Origin: Planctomycetaceae bacterium UBA7805
Lineage (GTDB): Bacteria; Planctomycetota; Planctomycetia; Pirellulales; UBA7805
DNA length: 64,000 nucleotides
NCBI GenBank assembly: GCA_002480485.1
Contig: DLCF01000054.1
Location: forward strand, 10,569-74,568
Direction: 5' to 3'
In this document: in pieces, positions 54,549 to 64,000 of the stretch
Position numbering within the stretch: the first letter of the stretch is position 1
Layout: each line of letters starts with the position of its first letter
Notes under the pieces: model-generated
The model's input: only the letters and a program-made list of their open reading frames with translations
Database searches by the model: none
What the model was told of the DNA's origin: nothing
Translations under genes and position numbers: made by a program

Positions 54549-56069
54549 ATGAATCTTCTTGATAATTCTCCGCTGCTTATCGTGGAGAGCGTCACAAAAC
54601 GATTTCCCGGGGTGACGGCGCTGAATAATGTTTGTTTGTCGCTTGCCAAAGGGGAAGTGCTAGCGCTGATTGGCGAAAACGGTGCCGGTAAAAGCACACT
54701 GATGAAGATTCTTGCCGGTGTACAAATGCCGGACGAGGGATCCATTCGGGTGAATGGTTGCCCGGTGCGACTTGATTCGGTTCAGACGGCCCAGGCCAAT
54801 GGGATTGCACTGATTCATCAGGAATTGAATTTGTCTGGCAATCTTTCAATCGGGGATAACATTTTTCTCGGTCGCGAACCACTTCGTAGTGGTTTGATTG
54901 ATAAGAAAAAAATACACATTGAAGCCCAGTCGTTTCTCACGCTCGTTGGCCTTGATGTGTCTGCCGATGTACTTGTTGATTCACTTTCCATCGGACAGCA
55001 GCAACTCGTAGAGATAGCCCGCGCATTGTCGGTTGACGCGAAGATCTTGATCATGGATGAGCCGACATCAAGTCTCTCGCAGCATGAGACCGAAAGACTC
55101 ATGGAAGTTGTTAAAGATTTGCGCGGACGAGGAGTGAGTGTTATTTATATTTCGCACCGACTAGGAGAGGTGCAGGAATTAGCCGATCGCGTGACCGTAT
55201 TTCGCGATGGAAAAAATGCGGGCGATCTGGTGCGCGATGAAATGAATCACGACCGGATGGTGCAATTGATGGTGGGACGGGACATCTCCCAGTTTTATGT
55301 CCGCTCGCCCCATGATGCGGGTGATGTGGTGCTTGAAGTAAAAGATCTTCAGACGGCAGCGAATCCGGGATGTTATTTGAATTTTTCCGTCCGTACACGT
55401 GAGATCGTTGGCGTTGCAGGGCTGGTCGGGGCGGGTCGGACCGAACTTTTTGAAGTCCTTTTCGGAGTCCAGCCGGCACTTTCTGGCAGGGTGATGGTCG
55501 ACGGAAGAGAAGTCTCGCTGCGCAGTCCACGCGATGCCATCGATGCGGGAATCGCCCTGGTGCCGGAGGATCGGAAGCAGCAGGGCATTATTCTGGAGAT
55601 GACGGTCCGCATGAACATCGGCCTCGCAGGCTTGCGGCAGCACAAAAAAAAGGCAGGATTTCTCAATGCGACGCAGGAGGCAGATGACACGTCGGCTATG
55701 ATTGAGCGTTTGAAAATCAAGACGCCTGACGCGGGCCAAGTGGTACAGTATTTGTCGGGCGGTAACCAGCAGAAAGTGGTCCTTGGCAAGTGGTTGTCTA
55801 TTGCGCCCCGCATTTTGCTTCTGGATGAGCCGACCCGAGGCATTGATGTCGGTGCGAAACAGGAAATTTATGGCTTGATGGATGAGCTTGCCAAGAAAGG
55901 TGTTTCAATTTTATTTGTCAGTAGCGAAATGGAAGAAATTCTAGGGATGTCTGACCGGACCCTCGTGATGCATGAGGGACAGATTACGGGGCAGTTGGTG
56001 CGAGACGAACTGAGTGAAGAGCGCGTGATGCAGCTAGCGACTGGAAATGTTGCGATGGGCACTCACTAA
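54549..56069 (+). CDS. Sugar ABC transporter ATP-binding protein (duplicated cassette, RbsA/MglA-like)
   Basis: GENGAGKST, LSIGQQQLVEIA, second signature LSGGNQQK, and LLLDEPTRGID. ATG 54549 is used because the track start at 54507 is TTG. Confidence 0.9.
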   Translation: MNLLDNSPLLIVESVTKRFPGVTALNNVCLSLAKGEVLALIGENGAGKSTLMKILAGVQMPDEGSIRVNGCPVRLDSVQTAQANGIALIHQELNLSGNLSIGDNIFLGREPLRSGLIDKKKIHIEAQSFLTLVGLDVSADVLVDSLSIGQQQLVEIARALSVDAKILIMDEPTSSLSQHETERLMEVVKDLRGRGVSVIYISHRLGEVQELADRVTVFRDGKNAGDLVRDEMNHDRMVQLMVGRDISQFYVRSPHDAGDVVLEVKDLQTAANPGCYLNFSVRTREIVGVAGLVGAGRTELFEVLFGVQPALSGRVMVDGREVSLRSPRDAIDAGIALVPEDRKQQGIILEMTVRMNIGLAGLRQHKKKAGFLNATQEADDTSAMIERLKIKTPDAGQVVQYLSGGNQQKVVLGKWLSIAPRILLLDEPTRGIDVGAKQEIYGLMDELAKKGVSILFVSSEMEEILGMSDRTLVMHEGQITGQLVRDELSEERVMQLATGNVAMGTH

Positions 56070-56090
56070 GGTTTGCAGACATTTTAGGCG

Positions 56091-57128
56091 GTGTTTGAGG
56101 ATATGAAAAAGAATTTTGGCATTCTTGGCATTCTGTTAGTGGTTTTTATTGCCACGGCAATTGGAAATCCAAATTTCCTGACTGCCTATAATATGTTCAA
56201 CCTTCTTGAGCGAGCTTCTCTTTACGGCATTATCGGGATCGGCGTTGCATTTGTGATCATTACCGGTGGTATCGATTTATCGATTGGCTCCTTGATTGGA
56301 CTGGTCGCGACACTGCTTCCCTTCATCGTTGTGCAACAATCCTTCCCACTCGCCGTAGGTCTGTTTGCTATTTTTGCACTTTCGCTCTGCGTCGGTCTGA
56401 CCCATGGAGTTCTGATTACGCGGCTTAAGCTCCAACCTTTTGTCGTGACCCTCTGCGGTTTGATGATCTATCGCGGCATCGCCCGTTGGATTGTTTCCGA
56501 TAAGACGATGGGTTACGGAAACGAGACCTTCTCGGGCCTGAAGGTCATGGTGGGGAATCTGTCGCAGCTGCCGGGCATGTCGGGATTCTCGTGGGCAAAG
56601 CATATACCGGTCGCTTTTTTGATTCTGCTTGTGCTGGGTGTCATTGCCTCGGTGTTTCTCAACAAGACGATCTATGGTCGTTATCTGCTTGCGCTCGGAC
56701 GCAACGAGCAGGCTGCACGCTTCAGCGGTATCAATACGTCTGTGATGATCATAATTGCGTATGTGATATGCTCGGTGATCAGCGGGTTCGGCGGCCTGCT
56801 GTTCGCACTCGATTACGGATCGATTCAGCCAGATAGTTTCGGAAATTTTTATGAGTTATATGCCATCGCGGCTGCCGTTCTTGGAGGCTGTAGCCTCCGA
56901 GGAGGTGAAGGTTCTATTTTTGGAATTATTCTCGGCGCGGCACTGATGCGTTTACTGATGAATTCGATCAGTATGCTTGGAATCGATGATCAACTGGAAC
57001 CGGCGGTCATTGGTATTGTGATCCTTATTGGGGTGATGGTGGATGAGCTCGTTAAACGATTTGCGGCACGCCGACGGGCCGTGAAGCAGGCAAAAGTAAC
57101 AACCGCTTTACCGGAAGTTGATGCGTGA
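56091..57128 (+). CDS. Sugar ABC transporter permease (RbsC/AraH-like)
   Basis: Polytopic protein with the TGGIDLSIGS motif. The start is uncertain, either GTG 56091 or ATG 56103. Confidence 0.85.
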   Translation: MFEDMKKNFGILGILLVVFIATAIGNPNFLTAYNMFNLLERASLYGIIGIGVAFVIITGGIDLSIGSLIGLVATLLPFIVVQQSFPLAVGLFAIFALSLCVGLTHGVLITRLKLQPFVVTLCGLMIYRGIARWIVSDKTMGYGNETFSGLKVMVGNLSQLPGMSGFSWAKHIPVAFLILLVLGVIASVFLNKTIYGRYLLALGRNEQAARFSGINTSVMIIIAYVICSVISGFGGLLFALDYGSIQPDSFGNFYELYAIAAAVLGGCSLRGGEGSIFGIILGAALMRLLMNSISMLGIDDQLEPAVIGIVILIGVMVDELVKRFAARRRAVKQAKVTTALPEVDA

Positions 57129-57152
57129 CAATTCTTTTCACAAGCACGCACG

Positions 57153-58958
57153 TCATTTTTCCGCATAGCTGACTAAATCATCAGCCAGATCGCTGAGTCG
57201 CTGGTCCAGGTTTTTCCTTACACTTGCAATATCGGCCCCGTCTTCCGGAGGATGGTGACCAAAAAGATAAAACTTTATTTTGGGTTCCGTGCCTGATGGT
57301 CGCACAGCGACGTAGTTGCCATCGGCCTGAAAATCCAGGATCAGCAGATTACCAATCGGACCTTCGAGCTTTTTGCAATTTCCCGATCTATCGGTCGTTA
57401 TCTGCTTGAGATAGTCTCGCATGCCGACAACTCTCATATCGGCAAGGACCTCTGGCGGATGTTCACGTAGTCGATCCATTACCGCCAGCATTTGCTCCAT
57501 GCCCGACTCGCCGCGTTTGTAGATAGAAATTGTTTTTTCAGCGTGGCAACCATATCTGACAAAAAGATTTTCCAGTCGCTCCCGCACTGTGATTCCGGCT
57601 GCTTTTGTCTCTGCCACCATCTCAGCAGCGAGCATGGCCGCAACCGGTCCATCCTTGTCGCGGGCATATTGACCGACGAGATAACCATGAGACTCTTCCG
57701 CGCCAAAGGCGAACAGATTTGGATCGTGTTGATCGATCGTGTTAGCAATCCATTTGAAACCGACTAGTAAGTTGCCGTAGAATTTTGCTTTATAAGCTTG
57801 TGTGATTCGCTCAATCAAACGGGTCGTTACCAGAGTCGTTACGATAAAGTGATTTGCAGAGAGCTGTCCTGCTGCTTGGCGATGGCTCAGTACGAAGTCG
57901 CAGAGCAATGCGGCGAGCTGATTGCCTGTAAATGTTTCCCACGGCCCGGCCGGATCGAGGGTTGTTGGTGCCGCAAGCCCAATCCGATCGCAATCGGGAT
58001 CGGTCGCCAGAGCGACGTCCGCACCGATCTTTCGTCCGTGCTCGATCATTGAATCGAAGACAGCAGCGTTTTCTGGATTGGAAATATGATCTGGCACATT
58101 TGGAAAGTCTCCATCTGGTGTTGCCTGTGGGCCGAATTCCTCTACATCGGAAAAACCGTCACCGGCCAAAACCGGTAAGACCGCCGAACTGCCCACGCCG
58201 TGCAGCGGGGAGTAAATAATTTTTGCCTCTCTTGGTCCGGGAAAAGCTTGCCCCTTCACTGCACCAACATAGGCCGCGTCAATCTCTTCTTGGCAGAGAA
58301 TGATCTTGCCCTGATGGACCGCAGTTTCAAAATTAACCTGTCCAATCGTCTCGACCGCCATGACTTGGTCGATCACTCCTGCGTCATGTGGTGGTACAAG
58401 TTGGCCCCCATTACTCCAATATGCCTTGAAGCCGTTATCACTCGGTGGATTATGGCTAGCAGTGATCATGATCCCACATGAGCACTGCTTGTAGCGGACG
58501 GTGAATGAGAGACAGGGCGTGCTGTGAAATCCCTCCAAGAAATAAACCGTGAATCCGGCAGCGGCCATAATTTCAGCGCACAGTCGAGCAAATTCTGGCG
58601 AATGATGGCGGGTGTCATGGCTAATGGCACACGAGAGGTCTGATTGAGAATCCGTGTTTGCTTTCACATAAGCCGCCAGACCGGCCGCACTCTCGCCTAT
58701 GGTTCGACGATTTATAACGGCGGTGCCGATCGGATACATCTCACCTCGTCTCCCTCCGGTGCCGAACTCCAAAACCTTCCAGAAGGCTTTGTTTAGCTCG
58801 TTGAATTTTTCCTCGCTCAGGTGCTGTACAACATCCTCTGCAAATTCAGCGTACTTTGTATCGGTCAGCCAGGGTCGAATATTTGCAGATGCCGCAGCGG
58901 AAAGTTTGCCGGCCTGCTTGGCTGCCTCGAGCAGCTGTAACGCGTCGTGTGAATGCAT
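57153..58958 (-). CDS. Phospho-sugar mutase (alpha-D-phosphohexomutase, PgcA/PGM2-like)
   Basis: Active-site loop ITASHNPPSDNG, metal loop TDPDCDR, and GAEESHG. Confidence 0.85.
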   Translation of the reverse strand: MHSHDALQLLEAAKQAGKLSAAASANIRPWLTDTKYAEFAEDVVQHLSEEKFNELNKAFWKVLEFGTGGRRGEMYPIGTAVINRRTIGESAAGLAAYVKANTDSQSDLSCAISHDTRHHSPEFARLCAEIMAAAGFTVYFLEGFHSTPCLSFTVRYKQCSCGIMITASHNPPSDNGFKAYWSNGGQLVPPHDAGVIDQVMAVETIGQVNFETAVHQGKIILCQEEIDAAYVGAVKGQAFPGPREAKIIYSPLHGVGSSAVLPVLAGDGFSDVEEFGPQATPDGDFPNVPDHISNPENAAVFDSMIEHGRKIGADVALATDPDCDRIGLAAPTTLDPAGPWETFTGNQLAALLCDFVLSHRQAAGQLSANHFIVTTLVTTRLIERITQAYKAKFYGNLLVGFKWIANTIDQHDPNLFAFGAEESHGYLVGQYARDKDGPVAAMLAAEMVAETKAAGITVRERLENLFVRYGCHAEKTISIYKRGESGMEQMLAVMDRLREHPPEVLADMRVVGMRDYLKQITTDRSGNCKKLEGPIGNLLILDFQADGNYVAVRPSGTEPKIKFYLFGHHPPEDGADIASVRKNLDQRLSDLADDLVSYAEK

Positions 58959-59105
58959 TGGATACTCCAGACCGCAGGCGTGGGTTAGAAGGTGATATTG
59001 TGGCGAACTTGGGCAGTCGAGAAAAGGGTCGCGGTCCCTTGGAGCAGTGCCCCACCAACTCGTATACTGAGCCCGATTCCATTAAACAAAATCCGAGGTT
59101 TTCTT

Positions 59106-60455
59106 GTGAGCGAATTGATTATCAGTGTTTCCGGTTTGAGGGGAATTGTGGGGGATTCACTGACCGAGCGGGTTGCCGCTGACTACGCCCGTGCCTTTGC
59201 ATCGTATTTGCCCGGGGGGCCGCTGGTGGTGACTCGCGATGGTCGCGCCAATGGGCCGCCGCTCGTCGACGCAATTGCCGAGGCTCTGACTGCCGCTGGA
59301 CGTGACATCCTCGATGCAGGGATCGCCGCGACCCCGACAACGGGAATACTGGTGCGCGAAAGTGGGGCCGCGGGGGGCATTCAGATTTCGGCGAGTCACA
59401 ATCCTGCCGAGTATAACGGGATCAAACTTTTTGGGTCCGAGGGTCGGGTTGTGCCGGCCAAATTTGGTGAGTCGGTTCGGCAAGCCTATTTGCAAGGTGC
59501 CGAGACCCATCCGGCAAAAACCAAGTCGGGCGTAGTATCGAAATACGAGGAGACATGCACCGCGCATTGGGAAGCGATCTCTGCCCAGGTGGATGTGGAT
59601 AAGATACGCCAAGCGCGCGTTTCGGTGCTCCTCGACGCGAACCATGGCAGTGGATCCATTCTGGGCCGATATTTACTCGAACAACTCGGCTGCAATGTCT
59701 TGCTTCGCGGGGAGACAGCGGATGGCCATTTTGCACATCTGCCGGAACCGACTGCAGAAAACCTTGCGGATATTTGTCGGGAGATCCCCGCCGAAGGTGT
59801 ACAGATCGGTTTTTGCCAGGATCCGGATGCAGATCGTCTGGCGGTGATCGACGAGGACGGAGGCTATCTGGGCGAAGAATTCACACTCGCACTCTGTGTC
59901 GACCACCTGTTGCGGAAGCATCCGGGCCCGGTTGTTACAAACTGCTCGACCAGTCGGATGTCAGAAGACCTCGCTCTGCGCTATGGGGTGCCCTTCAGTC
60001 GTTCAGCTGTCGGCGAGGCGAACGTGGTAGATCAAATGCTGGCCACCGAGGCGGTGGTTGGCGGTGAAGGCAACGGCGGAGTTATCGATCCACGAGTCGG
60101 GTTTGTGCGCGACAGTTTTATTGCCATGGCATACCTGCTCGAAGCGATGGTCAATCGGCAACTTCCGATCAGCAATTTGGCTGCGGAAATGCCCCAGTAC
60201 AAAATGGCAAAACAAAAAATCAGCTTTCCCCGAGAGCAACTCGCCGAGGGCGAGCAGGCCGTCGCCCAGCACTTTGAAGATGCCACAGCGAGCCATCCCG
60301 ATGGTCTCCGACTCGATTGGCCAGATCGCTGGTTGCTTTTGCGCGCCAGTAACACTGAACCAGTGATCCGTATCATGAGCGAGGCTTGCAATCAGGGGCA
60401 AGCGGACTTACTTTGCCATGAGGCAGAGCAGGTGTTACACGGCCTATTGAGTTGA
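59106..60455 (+). CDS. Phosphohexomutase (phosphoglucosamine/phosphomannomutase-like)
   Basis: ISASHNPAEYNG, QDPDADR, GGEGNGG. GTG 59106 (VSELIISVSGLRGIVG) is used because the track start at 58992 adds 38 unrelated residues. Confidence 0.8.
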   Translation: MSELIISVSGLRGIVGDSLTERVAADYARAFASYLPGGPLVVTRDGRANGPPLVDAIAEALTAAGRDILDAGIAATPTTGILVRESGAAGGIQISASHNPAEYNGIKLFGSEGRVVPAKFGESVRQAYLQGAETHPAKTKSGVVSKYEETCTAHWEAISAQVDVDKIRQARVSVLLDANHGSGSILGRYLLEQLGCNVLLRGETADGHFAHLPEPTAENLADICREIPAEGVQIGFCQDPDADRLAVIDEDGGYLGEEFTLALCVDHLLRKHPGPVVTNCSTSRMSEDLALRYGVPFSRSAVGEANVVDQMLATEAVVGGEGNGGVIDPRVGFVRDSFIAMAYLLEAMVNRQLPISNLAAEMPQYKMAKQKISFPREQLAEGEQAVAQHFEDATASHPDGLRLDWPDRWLLLRASNTEPVIRIMSEACNQGQADLLCHEAEQVLHGLLS

Positions 60456-60460
60456 TTAGC

Positions 60461-62422
60461 TCAAGATTCTTCGTCCTGCCGCAATTTGGCCAGCACGCTG
60501 TAATCCTCCAGAGTTGATGTATCGCCGACCGTTTCTTTGCCACTGGCAATATCTCGCAAAAGCCTCCGCATTATTTTGCCGCTCCGCGTCTTCGGTAGAG
60601 AACCGGTGAAATGAATGTCATCTGGTTGAGCCAACGCGCCGATCTCTTTGCGAACGTGTTGCTTTAATGCATTGCGGGTTGCCTCGTCCGGTTCAGCGTT
60701 TCCAAGCGTTACGAAAACGGCAATGGCCTCACCCTTCAGTTCATCGGGCCGACCCACAGCGGCCGCCTCCGCCACATCCGGATGGCTTACCAGAGCACTT
60801 TCAATCTCAATCGTGCTCAGACGATGTCCCGAGACATTCAGCACATCATCAATGCGTCCCATAATCCAGTAATAGCCATCCGCATCACAGCGGGCGTTGT
60901 CACCGCACAGGTATTTGCCCGGCACGCTGCTCCAGTATTGCTCCTCATATCGCTTCGAATCTCCCCAAATACCACGCAGCATTCCCGGCCAGGGGCGAGT
61001 GATTACAAGCCATCCACCCTGTCCCGGTTCGACGGCCTCGCCCGCCTCGTCGACAATTTCCGGACTAATCCCCGGTAAGGGCTTTGTGCAGCTTCCTGGT
61101 TTGGTGGGGATCGCTCCGGGCAGGGGACTCATCATAATGCCGCCGGTTTCGGTTTGCCACCAAGTATCCACAATCGGGCATCGCTCTCCGCCGATCACAC
61201 GGTGATACCACATCCAGGCTTCCGGATTGATGCCTTCACCCACGGTGCCAAGTAAGCGAAGGCTCGAAAGATCAGCGCGATTGACAAAATCGTCACCCCA
61301 TTTGATGAATGCACGGATTGCCGTCGGCGCCGTGTAGAAAATGGTCACGCCATAACGCTCGACAATTTCCCAGAAGCGGCCCTCGTCTGGTGAATTCGGC
61401 GCACCTTCGTACATCACAATCGTCGCCCCGTTGGCAAGTGGACCGTAAACAATGTAGCTGTGCCCTGTAATCCAGCCACAATCTGCGGTACACCAGTAGA
61501 TATCATCTTCCTGGAGATCGAATACCCACCGCGAAGTCACTTTGGTATAGAGGTTGTATCCGGCCGTGGTATGTTTGATGCCCTTGGGCTTCCCTGTAGA
61601 TCCGCTGGTGTAAAGGATAAAAAGCGGATGTTCGCTATCAAGCTCTGCTGCAGGGCATTCAGTGCTTGCGCTATCCATCAATTCATCCCACCAGAAATCT
61701 CGTCCTTCCTTCATCTCAACTGCGCTCTCGGTGCGACGGAGCACAATGCAAGTTTCAACGCTGGGTGATTTTTTGAGCGCCTCATCGACCGTGGCCTTGA
61801 GCGGTAATTCTTTGCCTCGTCGCCAGCCACCATCGGCGGTGATCTGCATTTTTGCCGAGGCATCGTTGTTACGGTCAGCGATGGCCTCGCTGGAAAAGCC
61901 ACCGAAAATCACCGAGTGAACCGCTCCCACGCGGGCACAAGCAAGCATAGCGATTGCGAGTTCTGGGACCATCGGCATGTAAATAGAGACCACATCCCCC
62001 GGCCCAATCCCTTTCTCGCGAAGCACGTTGGCAAACTTGCATACTTGCTCATGCAATTCCGCGTAACTTAACGATCGCTTGTCACCCGGTTCTCCTTCCC
62101 AGAGGATTGCCGTTTTATCTCTCCTATCGCTCGTAAGATGGACATCGAGACAGTTATAAGACACGTTCGTCTTGCCATCGACGAACCACTGCGCAAGCGG
62201 TGCTTTCCAATCTAGAATCTTTGTAAAAGGTTTGAACCAGTGCAGTTCTTCTTCTGCCAGTTTCCCCCAAAATCCTTCACTGTCTTCAGCAGCTTGTTTC
62301 CAAAGCGTTTCATATTGTTCAAGCGAGCCGATGTGCGCGGCTTTCGCGAATGCTGTTGATGGCGGAAAGAGGCGTTCTTCCTGCATCACGGTAGAGATCT
62401 GACCGGAAGCATCTTGTGACAT
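60461..62422 (-). CDS. acs: Acetyl-CoA synthetase
   Basis: [19 protein letters not shown] and [11 protein letters not shown]. Confidence 0.95.
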   Translation of the reverse strand: MSQDASGQISTVMQEERLFPPSTAFAKAAHIGSLEQYETLWKQAAEDSEGFWGKLAEEELHWFKPFTKILDWKAPLAQWFVDGKTNVSYNCLDVHLTSDRRDKTAILWEGEPGDKRSLSYAELHEQVCKFANVLREKGIGPGDVVSIYMPMVPELAIAMLACARVGAVHSVIFGGFSSEAIADRNNDASAKMQITADGGWRRGKELPLKATVDEALKKSPSVETCIVLRRTESAVEMKEGRDFWWDELMDSASTECPAAELDSEHPLFILYTSGSTGKPKGIKHTTAGYNLYTKVTSRWVFDLQEDDIYWCTADCGWITGHSYIVYGPLANGATIVMYEGAPNSPDEGRFWEIVERYGVTIFYTAPTAIRAFIKWGDDFVNRADLSSLRLLGTVGEGINPEAWMWYHRVIGGERCPIVDTWWQTETGGIMMSPLPGAIPTKPGSCTKPLPGISPEIVDEAGEAVEPGQGGWLVITRPWPGMLRGIWGDSKRYEEQYWSSVPGKYLCGDNARCDADGYYWIMGRIDDVLNVSGHRLSTIEIESALVSHPDVAEAAAVGRPDELKGEAIAVFVTLGNAEPDEATRNALKQHVRKEIGALAQPDDIHFTGSLPKTRSGKIMRRLLRDIASGKETVGDTSTLEDYSVLAKLRQDEES

Positions 62423-62478
62423 TACAAACTCCTGGAAAAGGGCTGCTAGAAACGCTGTAACGAAGCGTTTAATCTTTT

Positions 62479-63306
62479 TTATTTGGAAAGAAGAGTCTCC
62501 AGTTCACTCGGGTCGCTCGGCGGTTCCGTCAATACCCGAACTCCCTCTTCGGTAATCGCTATGGTGTGTTCAAAGTGAGCGCTCGGTTTTCCATCGGCGG
62601 TCGACATAGTCCAGTGGTCAGATTCCGCGATAACCCGTTTGGTCCCCAGATTCACCATCGGTTCGACAGCAATCACGATGCCCGGTTCGAGGCGGAAATC
62701 ATCCTTGGCCCGGAGCGTCTTGCTCTTATAGTTAGGAACTTGTGGTGGTTCATGCATGTTTTCACCGATTCCATGTCCGACAAAATTTTCTACCGTCGTA
62801 AATCCGTGATCAAGTACATAGGTCTCCATTTCCGCTGCAACATCGCTCCACATTTGCTTTTGTGGAATCAAGTCAATCGCCATCTGTAAAGTCTTCGCGG
62901 TTACATCAAGTAACTTTTCAACCGCCGGATCAATTTTTCCGATCGGCAGGGTGACCGCCGAATCGCCACACCAGTTGTCAATCCTACAACCGGTGTCGAT
63001 GCTAATCACATCGCCCTCCTGCAGTTGATAGTCACCGGGAACACCATGGACCACTTGTTGATTTACAGAAGTACAAGTTACGCCGGGGAAGGCTGGTTTG
63101 CCTGGCGTGCTGTTTGGATAGTTTAAGAAAAGCGGTTCGCCCTGAATTGTCTGATAGTACTTTTTGACCGCAGTATCGATCTGGCCGGTGGTATTTCCGG
63201 CTACCGCCAGTTCCCGCGCAATCTGGAGTCCTTGCCAAACCGCCAGACCTGCCGGGCGCATCCGTTCAATTTCTCGCGGCGATTTTAGATTCAATGAAGT
63301 CGACAT
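62479..63306 (-). CDS. map: Type I methionine aminopeptidase
   Basis: [25 protein letters not shown] and EPMV. Confidence 0.9.
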   Translation of the reverse strand: MSTSLNLKSPREIERMRPAGLAVWQGLQIARELAVAGNTTGQIDTAVKKYYQTIQGEPLFLNYPNSTPGKPAFPGVTCTSVNQQVVHGVPGDYQLQEGDVISIDTGCRIDNWCGDSAVTLPIGKIDPAVEKLLDVTAKTLQMAIDLIPQKQMWSDVAAEMETYVLDHGFTTVENFVGHGIGENMHEPPQVPNYKSKTLRAKDDFRLEPGIVIAVEPMVNLGTKRVIAESDHWTMSTADGKPSAHFEHTIAITEEGVRVLTEPPSDPSELETLLSK

Positions 63307-63369
63307 GCTGGACGTCCGTCTCTCCGAGAATACCGATGATGTAAAAAAGAATTTTTAAGGCATCGGAAA

Positions 63370-63942
63370 TCAGTTAATGTTTGTGGATGAAAAGTTAGAA
63401 ATTGTGCTTCGAATGCGATTTGCGATTTCATCGCGCGTTCCGTCACCGTCAATCGTGCGTAAAATCTGCTGTTCACGATAAAATTCCAAGAGTGTCATGG
63501 TTTCCGTCTGATAGACCCAGAAACGATTTTCGATCGTCTCGACTGTGTCGTCCACTCTACCACGATGGAGTAATCGCTCGGTCAGCACCTTCGCATCGAC
63601 GATAATCTGAAGCACGAGATCGAGTTTGAGTTTGCGTTTCTCTAGAATTGCGTGAAGCATTTTGGCCTGCTCTACGGTGCGAGGAAAACCATCAAGTAAA
63701 AATCCTCCTACACAATCAGGTTGTTTCAGACGTTCATCAACTAGGTCGACGACCAACGGATCCGGAACAAGCTCCCCGCGTGCAAGTCGTTCTCCCACTA
63801 ATTTACCCAGCTCCGTTCCCTCACTCACTGCAATCCGAAGCATCTCACCGGTCGAAAGGTGAGGTATAGATAAGCGATCCGCAATCCATTCTGATTGCGT
63901 TCCTTTTCCTGCTCCCGGCGGTCCTACCAGTACTAAACGCAT
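63370..63942 (-). CDS. adk: Adenylate kinase
   Basis: GPPGAGKGTQ P-loop and GFLLDGFPRT. It is the short form without a zinc lid. Confidence 0.9.
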   Translation of the reverse strand: MRLVLVGPPGAGKGTQSEWIADRLSIPHLSTGEMLRIAVSEGTELGKLVGERLARGELVPDPLVVDLVDERLKQPDCVGGFLLDGFPRTVEQAKMLHAILEKRKLKLDLVLQIIVDAKVLTERLLHRGRVDDTVETIENRFWVYQTETMTLLEFYREQQILRTIDGDGTRDEIANRIRSTISNFSSTNIN

Positions 63943-63956
63943 GGCACACGCTGTGA

Positions 63957-64000
63957 TTAAGATCTTTCGAGCAGACCTTTATAATTTCGCATTACAAGGT
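63957..64000 (-). CDS. secY: 3' end of preprotein translocase subunit SecY (partial, runs off the window)
   Basis: The minus-strand frame ending in TAA at 63959..63957 reads ...LVMRNYKGLLERS*, which resembles SecY C-termini. Its position upstream of adk-map fits the usual secY-adk-map order. Confidence 0.45.
   Translation of the reverse strand, partial: LVMRNYKGLLERS

Noticed and set aside
1-64000. Looked for mobile elements, prophage genes, toxin-antitoxin pairs, restriction-modification or known defence systems, and for rRNA/tRNA genes
   Set aside because: I recognised no transposase, integrase, recombinase, reverse transcriptase, Cas, nuclease-helicase or methyltransferase (other than RlmN). 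The only nuclease-fold protein is an exported EEP enzyme. The window reads as core chromosome with lineage-specific envelope and sugar genes.

Overview
This 64-kb chromosomal segment looks like a Planctomycetota (PVC) genome. Supporting signs are three DUF1080 domains, a PVC-type CxxCH heme-binding protein coupled to a giant DUF1080-ThuA-propeller-HEAT protein, an ECF sigma factor coupled to a Ser/Thr kinase, and many signal-peptide hypotheticals. I call about 60 densely packed protein genes. I saw no rRNA, tRNA, CRISPR array, transposase, integrase, phage gene or recognisable defence gene. Housekeeping content is rlmN, infA, moaB, rarA, cysK, floA, split coaC+coaB, rpoZ, gmk, yicC, secG, tpiA, DAHP synthase, pheA, dnaK, clpB, a ribose-type ABC transporter, two phosphohexomutases, acs, map, adk and the 3' end of secY. 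The best candidates for something undescribed are: (1) 72..3504, an ECF sigma/kinase operon bracketed by two paralogous small proteins of unrecognised family, each preceded by the same ~58-nt non-coding element; (2) 3565..10219, a tight six-gene operon (NagB-LmbE fusion, 2x DUF1080, Gfo/Idh/MocA, NupG-like MFS, xylose-isomerase-like TIM barrel) that looks like an oxidative 3-keto glycoside-cleavage pathway of unknown substrate; (3) 27246..31873, a giant periplasmic multidomain protein translationally coupled (TAATG) to a separate cytochrome c/HEAT protein; (4) non-coding oddities, namely a 727-bp gene-free gap upstream of infA with two decamer tandem repeats, a 235-bp AT-rich element closed by a perfect 12-bp inverted repeat at 52024..52258, and CACGCTG direct repeats at 33111..33178. 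A degenerate pseudokinase and an AT-hook-like tail on PheA are also noted. All family calls rest on motif recognition by eye, not database searches. I moved start codons where the ORF track begins at TTG/GTG without a ribosome-binding site or overlaps a neighbouring gene.
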